Below are positions 49,265-62,600 of a DNA stretch of 64,000 nucleotides, in pieces. This stretch comes from Geosiphon pyriformis uo1. Its lineage: Eukaryota > Fungi > Glomeromycota. Below the pieces are notes generated by a model. That model was given only the letters and a program-made list of their open reading frames with translations. It made no database searches and had not been told where the DNA came from. The stretch spans positions 372,001-436,000 of the forward strand of contig JAAOMT010000599.1 of NCBI GenBank assembly GCA_016748015.1, read 5' to 3'. Numbering within the stretch: position 1 is the first letter of the stretch; every line of letters starts with the position of its first letter. A program made the position numbers and the translations under genes.

Positions 49265-51745
49265 TTGTTTATTTTTTTTTATTTTTTTAATAAGTGAGGT
49301 CCAAATGCAACCTAGTACTATACATTATACTAATGATCTAAACTAGGAGTAAATCATGCACTTTCTACACATGACCAGCCACTCAGACCAGTCAGGACAA
49401 CACTATACACTTATATGCACAGAGACCAAACCCCCAACATCTAAGAAAAATAAACAAAACTTACAAAACCCAAAATCAACTCCAAAAGCTTCAGCTACAC
49501 CCAGCAATCTTACAATGCCAGCCGAGAATGCTATAGGCAAACCATAAATTAATGCAGAAATGGAGCTGTCACAAAGAATCAAACTATGCTTCTCTATAAA
49601 GGCCTAGTGTTTGGCACAGACCAACCAGATATCATCCCAAAATGTGAGGCACAAAGTCCACAATCTTTTTAGTCCCAACCTTAAAATCTTTAAAAACCAA
49701 GACAGACTCACAATACCAATCATTAAAAACAAAGCTCTTATACAGAGCAACATTAACTCCAACCTCGAAAACACAAGAAGCCAATAACTGTGAAACACGT
49801 GAGAAGAATCAAAACAAAACAGAAAAAGCCTCCCAAGCTAAAGCATAAGTGTCCAACAACTGAGCACAATCAGCAGCATCATGGGGACAAGAAAAGATAT
49901 GATCCAAGACCTCAATATTACTACAGTACAAACACACCACATTAGGATAATCTCTATCATACAAACGCTTATAAACAGCAACCAAAAGCCAATAATAGAG
50001 GGCTTTTATGAAGTATGTCTGACAACTAGCTGTATACACACTAGTGAAACCAGCAGCCAAGTGAAAATTGAGGTGCCAAACCAGAGAGAACTTAAACCAA
50101 TTAATATCAACATGCAAACTATCCACCACGACCTGAGAACCAGACCCAACCTCCCACTGAGCATGATGAACAGAATGGAAAACATCACACATAAAGTGTC
50201 TAGAGTTACCAGAAACCATGGCCCTACCAGCACTAAGAAAACGTTCACTGACCAAGTGAGACAATTGCCAAGCAGAGAGGGCAGCATTCTTGGCAAGTGC
50301 ATCCACATGCTTATTGCTTGAGATGCCTAAATAACCCTTGACTTTAATTCAATTCACATCCAAATTTTTACAACAAATGACGTTAGTAATGTGACAATGC
50401 TCGATCCAACAATAGTTTCTAAAATCCAGACAAACCAGCAGAGACTCTGACCTGCATGCATCCAAAATGGCTTGACTGTTTGAAAACAAGTCAACCGAAC
50501 AAAAAGAAGGCACACACTTAAGAGCCAAAGTAATGGCTTGCAATTCTGTTAGAGTAGAAGAAATCAAACCAGATACTCCTACACCCAAACCTGAGTTAAT
50601 GTCCTCAAAAAAAATGATGGCGCCAGCCTTCATGTCAACAGTGCTCAAACTACACAGAGACCCATCCATATAAACAGAAAGGCAAGAGGCATCAATGGTC
50701 AGCAGAGTGTCACAAACTGCACCAAAATCATGAAAATGACAAACATCAGAATCAACATGCCTATCCAAAAAGGAAAAACAAATAGAAGAAGGAAAACCAC
50801 CACCAAGAAAGCAAATGGAGAGGTCAAACCAGAAAGGGACTGGACCATGAGGGTCCAACCTCTTCCAACACTTGAAGATACTCCAACTGAAGACATCACC
50901 TTTATGGTCATGAAGCTGTTCCACAAAAGCAATCCCATATTGTCTGAGAGAAGAGACACATTTGAAAAAATAGGGTTTACCAAGAACCAGAGACATAGGA
51001 GTACCAATCTGACAGCAAAAAGCACAAGCCAAAGAGCCGCCCAAAGACAAATCATACTCGGAAAAAATACGAACCACACCAGCCAAAAAATTATTCGAGG
51101 AGCTGACACCAACATGAGCTGGAAACAGCAAAGGATGATGAGGATGCCAGCTGAGAACTTAAAGGTCATAAAACCTGTAAGAAAACAAGCGACCCAAAAC
51201 ACCAGTGGAATTTGCAAAAACAACAATGAAAGCAAATTTGCCCTCAGCCTAAATCTGTTCAAAAGTTTTTAAACTGTACAAAGAGGGATGATGAAGTACA
51301 TTATTGGGGAAATCATATGGCAGCCCAGACTTAGACTTTAAAATCTGCATACCAGAGTGTTCCACTTATTACAAACACTAATAAGAACAAAACTAAACTG
51401 AGTTCTATAGCTGATGATAGGAAAGAGAACTACAGATACCAAATAAGCACACTGTTTGTCTGATATTGCCTTTTTCAAAACCAGATTCACAAAAAACCAC
51501 ATGTCAGATTAAGCCTTAGCCAAGCTAAACTTTGAAAGACTCTCAGAGAACAAAAAAATATCCAGATAATGATGAGATTCCTTCTTCTTGGCAATGGAAA
51601 TAGGTGCACCACTAATAGTCAGACAAGAACTCACAATCCAACAGTTAATAGAGATGGCTACTGTCTTGTCATTATTTATCGAAATATCATTAAACCTGAA
51701 AAATTCACTAGCAACATCAAGAATGTGTTATGTAGCAGCTTAGAT
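49265..51745 (-). mobile_element. 5'-truncated LINE (end of RT, RNase H, CCHC, 3' UTR)
   Basis: ORFs 50349-51131 (YMDGSL, ELQAI) and 49809-50306 (CLYC...HIFSC); A tail at ~49265-49290. Confidence 0.88.
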
Positions 51746-53086
51746 TGTTTATTTAAATTTAAATTTTTTAATATATTTTATTAAATCATAAATATTTAAA
51801 AAATAAACTTTGTGTTTATTTTTGAATTGATTAAAATTTTTAAATAAATTATTAATCAATATATAAAGTACATAAGCCATATCTTATTTAGAATACTTAA
51901 TTATTGTATTATATTAAATAGTAATTAAACCTTACTTATTAATTAAATTAACAATATTTTTAATTTAAAGAAATTAAGTTTTTATATTTATAACAGAATT
52001 AATATTGGTAATTAGTAAAAAAAAATTAAATTTACCAAAGATTTAATTTTTTTAATTACAAATTTTACCAAATTTGACAATTTTTATAACTTAAATTTTA
52101 GTAAACACAATTTTGTTTTATATATTTTATTAAAAACTTCAAATTAAAAAATATTACAATTTTAATATAAAATATTAAACCAATAAAATAATTTGTAAAA
52201 GCTTTAAATTTTATTAAAAACTTTAAAAAAATCTTTAATAAACCAAAAAAACATTTATAATTAATAGACATATAGTTTAAAATAATAATAATATTTAAAA
52301 TTTTTTTATTAAATATAACTTTTTTCCAAAGTACTTATTTTAACAATTGCAATATTAAGAGTTTTTTAAAAACTAAAAAACAAAAATAATCATAAACTTA
52401 AACAAATATATTACTAATTTCAAAAATAATAGCCAAAAAAAATTTATTTAATATATTATGAAAAATAATTATCTTGTTCTTTTACTAAAACAAGTTAATA
52501 AAGAAGAGCAGTTTTAAAAGTTTTAGAATTTTAATAATATATTGTTATTAACCAATAGACTTTATTAAAAATTTTAAAATTTATCTTTATTGATTATTTT
52601 AATAATAATTAATCTAGATTTTATTAGCAAAAAATTTTTTAATATCAAAAAATTTTAAATTTTTATATATTTTATTAAAAAATACTTTATTAAAATTATT
52701 GTAAAAGATGAAAAACAATTGTATTAGTTTAAAATTATATAGCAATAAATTACCTAAAAATTAAAATTAACAATAATTATTTATTCAATTATTTTGATTA
52801 TCAACAAATTATTTTTATTTGTTTAAAGTTTATAATTTTGTTTGCAACTTTAAATTTCCTAGAACATTGTTTTTACGAATCATGTATCTGATGTAGACAT
52901 GGCTGATACTTTATTGGGGTCAATGAATCTGAAGTTTTCAATAGTTCCAAAAAGACAGTAAACCACATTATCATAATTTGAAGACTAATGCATTCTAATC
53001 GTCATTGCCCAAAAGATCTTAAGCACTGAGTAAATTTGGCAAGGTGATTATGCAGCTTTCAATATGTTTTTATTTACATCCCAGGC

Positions 53087-55558
53087 TTAAACAAGAATTT
53101 TTGAAATTCTTCGATTTGAAATTGTCTTTTTTCCCGGCTCATTTGGCTGATTATTACTTGTGTTCGGATTGTCATTTGCTCGATTTTTTTTTGTTTTTGC
53201 GTTAACGCTATGTTGTGTTTTAATTTTTCTTTCCCTTATTCGATGCAAGGCAAAATAAACGTTTTTGGAAACTTCCTCAACGCCTGCGACATCAGAGAAT
53301 TTAATTGTCAAGCGTTGAACATCAATCAGGATTGCCCTTGCTTTTGCAAAATCGTCAAGTGAAGCAAAGAATTTTAAGATTTCATCATATAACCTCGCGG
53401 ATAAATGATAACCAAGAGTTTTCATATCTTCATAAAGCATCCATAAGAGTTGAGGATCTTTTTCTGCCAAGGCTCCTCGTACGAGTATAAAGTAGGTAGG
53501 GGGTCCAAATTTCAGAAAATTGAATTTACGCTGTTCAAAAAAGAATTCAGCGGCTGTGCGGACATCAGCCTCTTGCACAAGATTTTCAAGAATCACGTTA
53601 AATATTTCAATATTTGATTTCATTCCTTTTTCTTTCATTTCAGTGAATAACTTAAAAACTTCGAGATGTTTGCCCGCTTTGAAAGAAGCGTTAATCATTA
53701 TTTGATAGGTGGTCACGTTCGGTACGACGTTGGATGAAGCCAAGCCTTGATATACAGTGAATAAGCGTTCATAGCCAGATATACTGTATCCTCTTAACAT
53801 AATATTGTAATCTTCAATTGATGGTTTAAACCGATTTTCAAGCATGACTCGGAAAACATTGTTGGCACTTGCCATATCTCCAAGATCCGCGAATCCTTGC
53901 AAAAGGTGTCGGAAAGTCAAATGTTCAATTTTAAAACCGGTTTTTAAGAAATCAGAAAGCAAATTTCTAGCAGCTTTTTTATCCATTTCGGCTGAGGCCA
54001 ATTTCAAAAAGGTATGATAAATTTCTTTGTTAGGCAGTTTGTTGGCTTTTTTTAAATCATCAATGATCATATTTCGGACTTCTTTGGCTGCATGATTTTT
54101 ACAAATTTCCTCCAAAATAGCATTGTAAGTCCTTGTGCCAACTTCAATTTTGGTAAGTTTCGCGTATGAGTAAATTTGAAGTGCATCATCGATAAGAGAT
54201 TTGTCAATATATCCTATTATCAAGGTTGTATAGACCCTTCGAGGTAAATGAATACGCGTTTCCCTTCCTTGTATAAACATCTCCCGAGCTTCTCTAAGAT
54301 GATCATTTTTTACACAATGTTCAATAACTCTCGCATAAAAATGTCCACTGCTATGAGTACTCCTCGCTGTATAAAGCAACCGCTTGGCAAGATCAAATTG
54401 GGAACTTTCGATGCACGCGTCAATCAGAATGTCCAGAAGCAAAATATTTGGTCGATTGCCAATCTTTTCTTGGTAAAATATATAAAATCTGCCAGCTCGT
54501 TGAATCTTGTCCCGTTGAATTAATGTTCTAATTAATAAATTATATATCGTTTCGATTAACGTCGTTGAGTCTTTATTGAGAATATCTGCTTTAGTCGGGG
54601 TGTATTGAAACTGAAGATCCCCAATAGCCTTCCCTTCACTAACCATTTGTTCACAGAACTTGCGGGCGAGATCATATTCACCTAATTCAACTAATTTGTG
54701 AATGATGTCACAATATAAGGGGAACCGAATTTCATGATTTTTAGATCGCATCTCTTCAAAATACTTGAGGATACGTTCCAGATCTCCTGATCTGAAACGT
54801 TGAATTTTGACTCTAACTAAGTTATTATACTGTAATTGATTAAGTTCAATTCCACGAGATTTCAATTGTTCATATAATTTTTCTGCTTTATCACTATTGC
54901 GCGTTTTAAGGTATGAGATGAGCATTTGTGTATAACCTGTCCTTGAAAGTTCAATTCCTTCATTAACCAGTAATTCATAAAGTCCAAGCCTTGCCTTCAC
55001 TCCTACATGCATCATTATTTGCTCAACTTCCTCTGGATGAACCTTCCGAAATAAACGTGGAACACCCAGTATATCCAAAGCAATATTCATGACAAGGTCA
55101 CCTTGTGGCTTTTCCCTAGGATTATTCAGAACTAACCGCAGCCTTAGAATATGAGGATGTGACCTATCAAATTGAACTACCTTGTCAGCTGAAATTGGCT
55201 CAATTTGAACGTTGGAAGTTGATTTAATGAAAACTGCTTGGTCAGTTGGGACTGATTCCGAGTAAACCTTAAAGTCTAAGTCATCAGAGTTTGCTTTTTC
55301 AGTTAGTACTGACTTCACTTGGGATTTAGAGTCAGATTCAATAGGCTCTGTTAGGTGAGAAAATAGACGTAATCGTGCTTTACATGAACCGTCTTTGAAA
55401 CACGGAAAAAAGCCGAGGAAATGTGTAATTTGATGTCTTTCAGCTAACAAAGAGCCCGCGATTAGCGGTGAAGTAGAATTTGCGATAAGCCCCTTGTATG
55501 ATTTCTGCCGTGAAATCGAAAAACGCCTGTTAGATTGAACAAGAGTCTTAATAAACAT
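53087..55558 (-). CDS. Pentatricopeptide-repeat (PPR) protein, 823 aa from the first ATG, intronless, likely mitochondrial
   Basis: Intact ORF with repeated 35-aa PPR motifs (e.g. PNVTTYQIMINASFKAGKHLEVFKLFTEMKEKGM); Arg/Ser-rich N-terminus without acidic residues; CpG retained. The track start at 55630 is GTG. Confidence 0.92.
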   Translation of the reverse strand: MFIKTLVQSNRRFSISRQKSYKGLIANSTSPLIAGSLLAERHQITHFLGFFPCFKDGSCKARLRLFSHLTEPIESDSKSQVKSVLTEKANSDDLDFKVYSESVPTDQAVFIKSTSNVQIEPISADKVVQFDRSHPHILRLRLVLNNPREKPQGDLVMNIALDILGVPRLFRKVHPEEVEQIMMHVGVKARLGLYELLVNEGIELSRTGYTQMLISYLKTRNSDKAEKLYEQLKSRGIELNQLQYNNLVRVKIQRFRSGDLERILKYFEEMRSKNHEIRFPLYCDIIHKLVELGEYDLARKFCEQMVSEGKAIGDLQFQYTPTKADILNKDSTTLIETIYNLLIRTLIQRDKIQRAGRFYIFYQEKIGNRPNILLLDILIDACIESSQFDLAKRLLYTARSTHSSGHFYARVIEHCVKNDHLREAREMFIQGRETRIHLPRRVYTTLIIGYIDKSLIDDALQIYSYAKLTKIEVGTRTYNAILEEICKNHAAKEVRNMIIDDLKKANKLPNKEIYHTFLKLASAEMDKKAARNLLSDFLKTGFKIEHLTFRHLLQGFADLGDMASANNVFRVMLENRFKPSIEDYNIMLRGYSISGYERLFTVYQGLASSNVVPNVTTYQIMINASFKAGKHLEVFKLFTEMKEKGMKSNIEIFNVILENLVQEADVRTAAEFFFEQRKFNFLKFGPPTYFILVRGALAEKDPQLLWMLYEDMKTLGYHLSARLYDEILKFFASLDDFAKARAILIDVQRLTIKFSDVAGVEEVSKNVYFALHRIRERKIKTQHSVNAKTKKNRANDNPNTSNNQPNEPGKKTISNRRISKILV

Positions 55559-55944
55559 AATCCACTCTAGTAGGGGAAACGAAACTTTGTTTATAAACTT
55601 ACCAGGACACAATCTTTTCCGATCTACCACCTAACTGGCTAAGCTTAGATATCGGAAAATTAATGCTTATTATGATTCGTGGTGAGTCACACTTTTAAAT
55701 TCTGGATCTAAATGATAATTATATCCAAGAAATTTTTTTGGACGGGCGAATAAACCTCTTGGGATCAATCAAATCAAAACTTGTCGATCCGATTATATAA
55801 AAATGCTTAAATATTTCATTGCGGACAACACATTGACTTTGGAAATCGTAGACTCGAATAAAACCACTTTAAGTGTTTGACGCTAAAAATTCCCGCGAAT
55901 ATCACAATTCAGTCCTGAGGGTGAAACCATGATTTTTCTCTTAA

Positions 55945-57563
55945 TCATGTTAGCATAAACTTTGCGTTTTGATAGTACATTAACATAGGATTTTCTCCAC
56001 TCCTCGTCCGAGTTCTCATAATATCAGCATAAGTGGCTAGAAACTCCTTATGAGAAAAAATCCGGATTTCTTGGCCAGAGGTAGTTTTAATTTCCTCTTG
56101 TTCTTCTTCTTCTTCTTCTTCACAAGCCAATTGATAAATAGCTTTGAGCAAATCAAAATTTGTTGGAAAAAATATATCAAAGTAACCTGGTTGCACCATA
56201 TATGTTGAACAAGGCACCATTGAACGCTTGAATCTGGTTTGAACAACAGGGGCGTCAACTCCAGGTATTGTGTGGGGAAGTTCATAAAAATCTGATATAA
56301 TTAACCGATGTTGTGGAAAATATTTTTTGAGAACCTCTAGGAATAATAAACATTTGGTCGGTATAAATTCGGGCAAGGTTACAGTTGGGGGATAGGGTAA
56401 TAATTGGCGTATTTTACGTAAGATTTGTCCTTTGTGCAATATCGGAGTTTTATAAGTGGTTTGACTACGCAAATATAAGTATCTTTGAACAAGAGGATCG
56501 CTGATTGGTTCATAAACTTCTTCATATTCTCCTTTCTCATCAATTATTACAACAGCTTGTAATGGTTCCTTGGTCTCGTGATCATAACAAATGATATCAT
56601 GTGAAAAATTATCCTGTTGATAGGACAAGATTTTGTAATAGAGATTGAGTTGGGAACAATCAAACAGAAAAAATATTAAGACAACTTAAGAGCATTTATA
56701 CCAATACTTCAAATGCCAAAAAAAAGCAAGGATCTGGCACCACCTCATTCCACTCAAAAATACTTTTATTAATAATTTCCACGCAATCATGATCATGTTT
56801 TGCTTTTTGAATTTCCTTCCTTTTTGACTGTAATTCTGACAGTTTCTCGCTTATCTCGATCATCCGATAACTTGTCTGCCGGTATATTGAAGGTTCATAT
56901 TTTTGTATATATTCAAGAATATTTAACATTAAAGTTCCGTTTCCAGCTCCAACTTCATAAACTATCAAATCTGTGTGCGGATAATTTTTTATTTTATATT
57001 GTTCAACGATATATTTTGCAACCGCATATCCATACCAAGGCTGGAGCAAGATGAAAATAGAAATTAAGCAAGTAATTTAAAATAAATATTCCAATAAAAT
57101 GTGATAAATCTACCTTGAACAGTTCAGCAGGTGTATGCCAAACCTGCCGTGCAAATTTATTTGTCGCATCAAGCTCATCCTCGATTTTTTTGTATGCATT
57201 ACTCAAAATCTTCAAAAATTCTAAATTATCTTTCATTTCATTAAAATTAAAATCTGTCTTTGATGAAAATATCATAGCCTGTTTTGAAAAATAGCCATAG
57301 TGGGGGTTGTAGAGTGAATTATCGATAAAATCTCGAGAAAGCATTACTGAACTTTTGGGTGTAGTCGACTCCTTGGCAGCATCTGCCGCTGTCAAAACTG
57401 GGTAGTTAGCCGAATATTCAAGACTTCTTTCCTTGTCAAAAAAATCTTCGAAAACCTTTATGAAAGGAAGCACTTGAGTTGTAGAAAATTCTCGCTTTAA
57501 ATGGGTTAAAGACGTTCTTTTCAAAACAACCATAAAAGGGACTTTAACAAATGTGTGTAGCAT
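55945..57563 (-). CDS. NDUFAF7/MidA-like (DUF185, Methyltransf_28) SAM-dependent methyltransferase; exons 57563-57114, 57040-56702, 56613-55945 (485 aa)
   Basis: RDFIDNSLYNPHYGYF, HTPAELFK|PWYG, YEVGAGNGT, IEIS, EVL|DNFSHD; GT-AG introns at 57113-57041 (73 nt) and 56701-56614 (88 nt) keep the frame. An upstream in-frame ATG at 57611 is an alternative start. Confidence 0.9.
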
Positions 57564-57663
57564 ATTGAAAGGGAACGACGAACAACCTGAACAAAAATTT
57601 GGGTCATACATAGATTGAAACAGCCAATCAATTTATCAGTAAAAAAATATAATCTGTAATAAG

Positions 57664-57702
57664 TTTTTTTATTGCTTAATAAAGTGTGGCCCAACCACTA
57701 TT
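57664..57702 (-). mobile_element. Tiny 5'-truncated LINE tail
   Basis: aagtgtggcccaaccacta matches the extreme LINE 3' end (aagtgcagcccaaccacta at 29100) and lies next to a T-run. Confidence 0.5.
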
Positions 57703-57716
57703 TACAAAAATAAAAC

Positions 57717-58560
57717 TACAGTCAGACCTCCATAAAAGAACCCTCGATAAAAGAACAACCTCTTACAAAGAACATTTTTTTATAGAACCAATTGATTAAT
57801 TAACAATTTTCCCTTTATATAAGAACAATCCATAAAAGAACAAGAACATAATTTTATCAAACACTTATTTAAAATTTACCTTTATATAAGAACAAATATT
57901 ACGTGCTAGATGTTAATTGGTAATTGAGAAAAGAGTTAGAACATATTAAATTGATTTTATCCTAACTTTCTTTTAAATCAATTTACATTGGAATTACTCT
58001 TTTTGTTTTTACGTACAGTTATTTAATCTCTATTGTATTCCAATTCAGGCTTGTTAAAACCAAATTTAATATTATTATTATAGGCACATTTTCTAACAAA
58101 CTTGCTAAATTATAACAATGTCAGAACTTTTATTTAAAAAACAAAAACAAAGCAGCAGTTAATAATACTCTTTATAAAAAAATTTATCAATATTCCAAAA
58201 ATTACTATGATATGAAACATAATATTATTATAGTTTACTTTAATCATAAATATTTAAAACTTCATATTTTTTATCTAACTGTTTCCAAAATAATTAAAGA
58301 ACATGCAAAATAGTTGAATATTAAAATTAATAAAATTTCAGAAAGATTTATTTGACACAAAAGTGTTAAATTCTTATTATTAGATCAAGTTTTAAGTTAT
58401 TAGATAGAACAAATAATTGCAGTTATTATTAAATTCAATAATTAATTAATTAAAAAAAAAAATTTGTTAAACTTCTTAATATGCATGAAAATAAAATACA
58501 ATTCTTAAATAAATGGGTTCAAAAATTCAAAAAATAAAATCAGTTACATATTTACTAATT
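57717..58560 (+). mobile_element. pogo/Tigger-like (Tc1-mariner) DNA transposon relic: left end plus decayed CENP-B-type HTH; right end not found
   Basis: TA|CAGTCAGACCTC terminus; repeated (A)TAAAAGAAC subterminal motif at 57731-57893; decayed TVSKIIKE...LLDQVL...WVQKFKK at 58278-58535. Confidence 0.65.
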
Positions 58561-59664
58561 TTATAATATTATAAGTAAATTTTTAATGTCAATATTAGTA
58601 ATTTTCATAACTTGATATTCAAATTTACTATTATAAATTTTAAAGATTTTTTGAAAAATTTAAATTAAAGTTTTTTGTATAATAAACAAAAATTTAGTTA
58701 ATAACAATTAATTATTGATTTAATAATTTTTTTATTTAATAATCAGTTTATTTTGGTGTTTGTATTTTTTTGGTAAATAATCTTAGTTTTTTAATTATAT
58801 CTATATTCTTTTTTGGTATTTTTTTATTAAGCAATTTTTAATGTTATAATCTCAATACTTTTTTTACAATTAATTAGTAATCCAAAATAAATATAACTAA
58901 TAAAATAATAATATAATAATTAGTATTCTATTAATAACTATAATTAAAAATTATTGTTTTAGTATTATTAAGTAATTATTATAGATATTGATAATATTAA
59001 TATTATAATAATATAAGTTTTAACATATTAACTTTAAATTTATTAATTAATAAATAAAATAGAGAGTTTTTTTATTAAATAGTTTAATTAATTAGTAATG
59101 ATTAATAAAGTAAAAATAATTAAATTAATTTCAAAGTAAGTTTGTTTTGTTGTTTTGTTTAAAAAATAATTATATATAAATCTTTATAATACAAGATTTT
59201 TAAAATTTTTAAAATTTTTTTATATTATTGTTAAAATTTTTGATATTTATGAAATTTTTAGTATTTTTGTCAGTTTTTCTGTAATTCTTGGAATTTTTAT
59301 TAATAATTTTAAATTTTTAATATTATATATCTTAATAATTTTTTATTTTATTATTGGCTATTTATATTATTATTGGCTATTTATATTATTATTATTTCTT
59401 TATGTTTTTTTTTTATAAATAATATTATTTTTTCTTTTTTTAATATTAAGCTTTTATAAAATTTTCTATGTTTTTTTTTTGAATTAGTTTACTTACTTTT
59501 TTTTTATTATAATTTTAAAAACTTTTGTTTTTAGCTTTTTAAATTATAAGTTAATTATTTTTTTTAATTGATTTATTATTTAGTTTTTTATAACTAAATA
59601 CAATAATATTTTATTGTATTTATAAAAAATTATATATAGTTAATAAATTATTTTTAAGTAGATT

Positions 59665-62600
59665 ATTTTTTATTTATTTATTTATTTAATAAGCACAGTC
59701 TAACCACTATCTAGCATATAGAAACAAAGCAAAATAAATTGAACTAAATATGACTCATGCATTAATAACACATAACCAGCCACTCAGACCAATCAAGACA
59801 ACACTATACACTCATGACAATCCCTTCACCAATATCTAAACTTGAGAAAAACAAACACCACTTCCACATACCAAAACTAACAGCAAAAGATTCAATTACA
59901 CCAAGTATATAAACCATACTCTTAAAAAGCAAGGCAGGTAGGCTGCATATCAGACAAAAAAATCTATCTGTATTACAAATCAGACTGCATTTTTCCATAT
60001 CAGACCTAAACTTAGATCTTAATAACCATATTCTATTTCAATAGTCCTCAGCCATGTGATAAACAAAATCAACAACTGATAACACAGCCTTCTTTTTATT
60101 ATGAAACATAGAAATTGCCTTTTTAATCCAACTCTTAAATACAAAGTCTTTGCATAAGGCAGTATACACACCAACATCAGTGGCTTTAGAAAGCATATTT
60201 AATACTAGAGAAAAAACAGAGAGACAATTCCCTATTAGTGACTTCTACAATTCAACATAACAAAAAATAATATCAGAATGTACTAAGGCATCTGTAAGCA
60301 ACAAAAAACATGATTAGACACTTTCATATTTTCACACATTAAACACAAAACATTCAGATAATTTTAGTCATATAACTGTTTTCATTTAGCTATAGGCAAT
60401 TTTCTGTGTATAGCTTTTATTAGGTATGTATGCAAAGAAGCAGACTTTTTATTAGTATATCCAGCTAATATATGAAAGTTCAGATGCCAAATTAAGACAA
60501 TACATTCCCAATTTATGGCTCCAATGACTAAACCAGCCAAAACATTCACACTAGGCCTAACCTTCCACATAGTACTACTTATAGTGTGGTAAACATCATA
60601 GACAAAATGATGAGCATTATCTAAAACTAGTAGTCCATCAGCCAAAAAAAACCATTCACTAATTCCAATAAGGAGAAAAACTCCTAGCTGTAAAGCAGCA
60701 CAAGCAAGAATGTCTGTTCAGTCATTGTTAGGAATGTCCGAGTGCTCTTTCATCTTTACTCATCTAACCAAAATGTTTTTAGATTTGATTAAATTAGCTA
60801 TATAATGTCTCTCTACCTAAAACTTATTCTGAAAGTTAGGCTAGTTCTGCTCACTTTCTAATAAACATATGGCTAAGACTGTCTGGCTGTCAGTGTGCAA
60901 GATGACTGAACATGATAAAGAAATGCACTTCAGTGCTAGAGCAATTATTTGAATCTTAGATAATATAGATAATAAAAGACTTTGCACTTTAACACCAATA
61001 TTCAATTCAATTTCAGGAAAATAAGCAGCCACACATTTTTAGTATTCAGGCTCCTCAGAGAACCATCAGTGTAAATATTAATTTTTCCTGCCCAAATTTC
61101 ATACAACTGTTCATGAACCTCCAAAAACTTGGTAGATTGGAGGAAATCAAATCTTTTCAGGTTAAGAGCCAACCTATTAGAACCCAAAAGCTAATAATTC
61201 ATGTACACAAAAGTCTTATCAAACCAAACTGGAATTGGGCCTCTAGAACTTAATCTTTTTCAATGCCAAAAAATTTTCCAATCCATAACAAATCCATACT
61301 TGGACAGTAAACAATCACCAAAAGCAATGCCAGAACACTTCAAAGAATAAACTACTTTAAAATAGTAGGCATTACCCAAGATAACTGATATAAAAAAACA
61401 CCTCAAACCACAAAATACATTAGGTAAGTTATTGGCAAAAGATATTTTTGCATTCCGAAAAATTCTAACAACATCTGCAAGGAAATTATTTATAGAGTTG
61501 ATTTTTAACTTAACCAGATAACATAATGAATTCAAAGATGTTTAACCCAAAACTTACAAATCCAAAGTCTGGTGTTCAAATAATTGGCCAAGAATTTCAG
61601 ATGTATTAGAAAATCCAACCATTAAAGCAATCTTGGTCTCAGCCTGCACCTGCTCAAAAGACTTCAAATCATATAAACACAGATAATGTAAAGCTTCACT
61701 AGAAAAATCTTTTGATAAGTAAGCTTTAGACCTAAGTCTCTTTCTTATTACAATGTCCTATTTTTGACACACACACTTAGCAATAAAATTGAACTGTATA
61801 CAATAACTGACAATAAGCTGGAGAACTACAAAAACCAGGTAACAAAATTGTTTGTTTAATACCACTTTCCTCAGAACCATACCCAAAAAAAACCTAACAT
61901 TTACATGTGCTTTTACAAAACTTGGCTTAGAAAGATCTTCTGTTAATAAAAAAATGCTTAAGTATCTATAAGACTCACCTTTTCTTGCTATGGAAATAGG
62001 TTGACCACTAATATACAAGAAAACATTTACTACTTTTTGGTTAATAGGAATTACTACCATTTTGTTATTATTGATAGAAATGTTATTAATCCTAAAAAAC
62101 TTGCTGGTAATATTCAGGATATATTAAATTGAAGCCTGGCCATTGCCCACCTATATTATGTTATTAACAAAGACACCAGCAGCAAAAAATAAAGACATAC
62201 CTCCACTAACCTCCAATATACTAGTTTTTGTCACAAAGTTAGAGTTGATCCTGTATCTGCACAATTGCTCTTGTCTTTTAATTTCACACAACAAAGAATT
62301 ATAAAAAATTCTCCAAAAGAGAGGAGAGAAAACTTCTCCCTTATTCAAACCATTACAGACTCTGTACTTATTTGAAAAACCGAAATCAGTCATAACTCTA
62401 TTAACCCTGTTTTCATGAATGTTACCAAAAAACTTTATGAATCTACCACACATCTTGATATATTCCAGATTAGATCTCAAATGATGCCATCTAACTGAAT
62501 CATAAGCTTTGTGTATGTTCTACAACACCAACCATATTTCTTGATCCTTTTCTAAGACATTTTCAATAACCAATCCAACAGCAAACACAAGAAAATGAGT

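Noticed and set aside
55559-55630. GTG-initiated N-terminal extension of the PPR ORF
   Set aside because: Eukaryotic gene; the first ATG at 55558 gives a plausible mitochondrial presequence.
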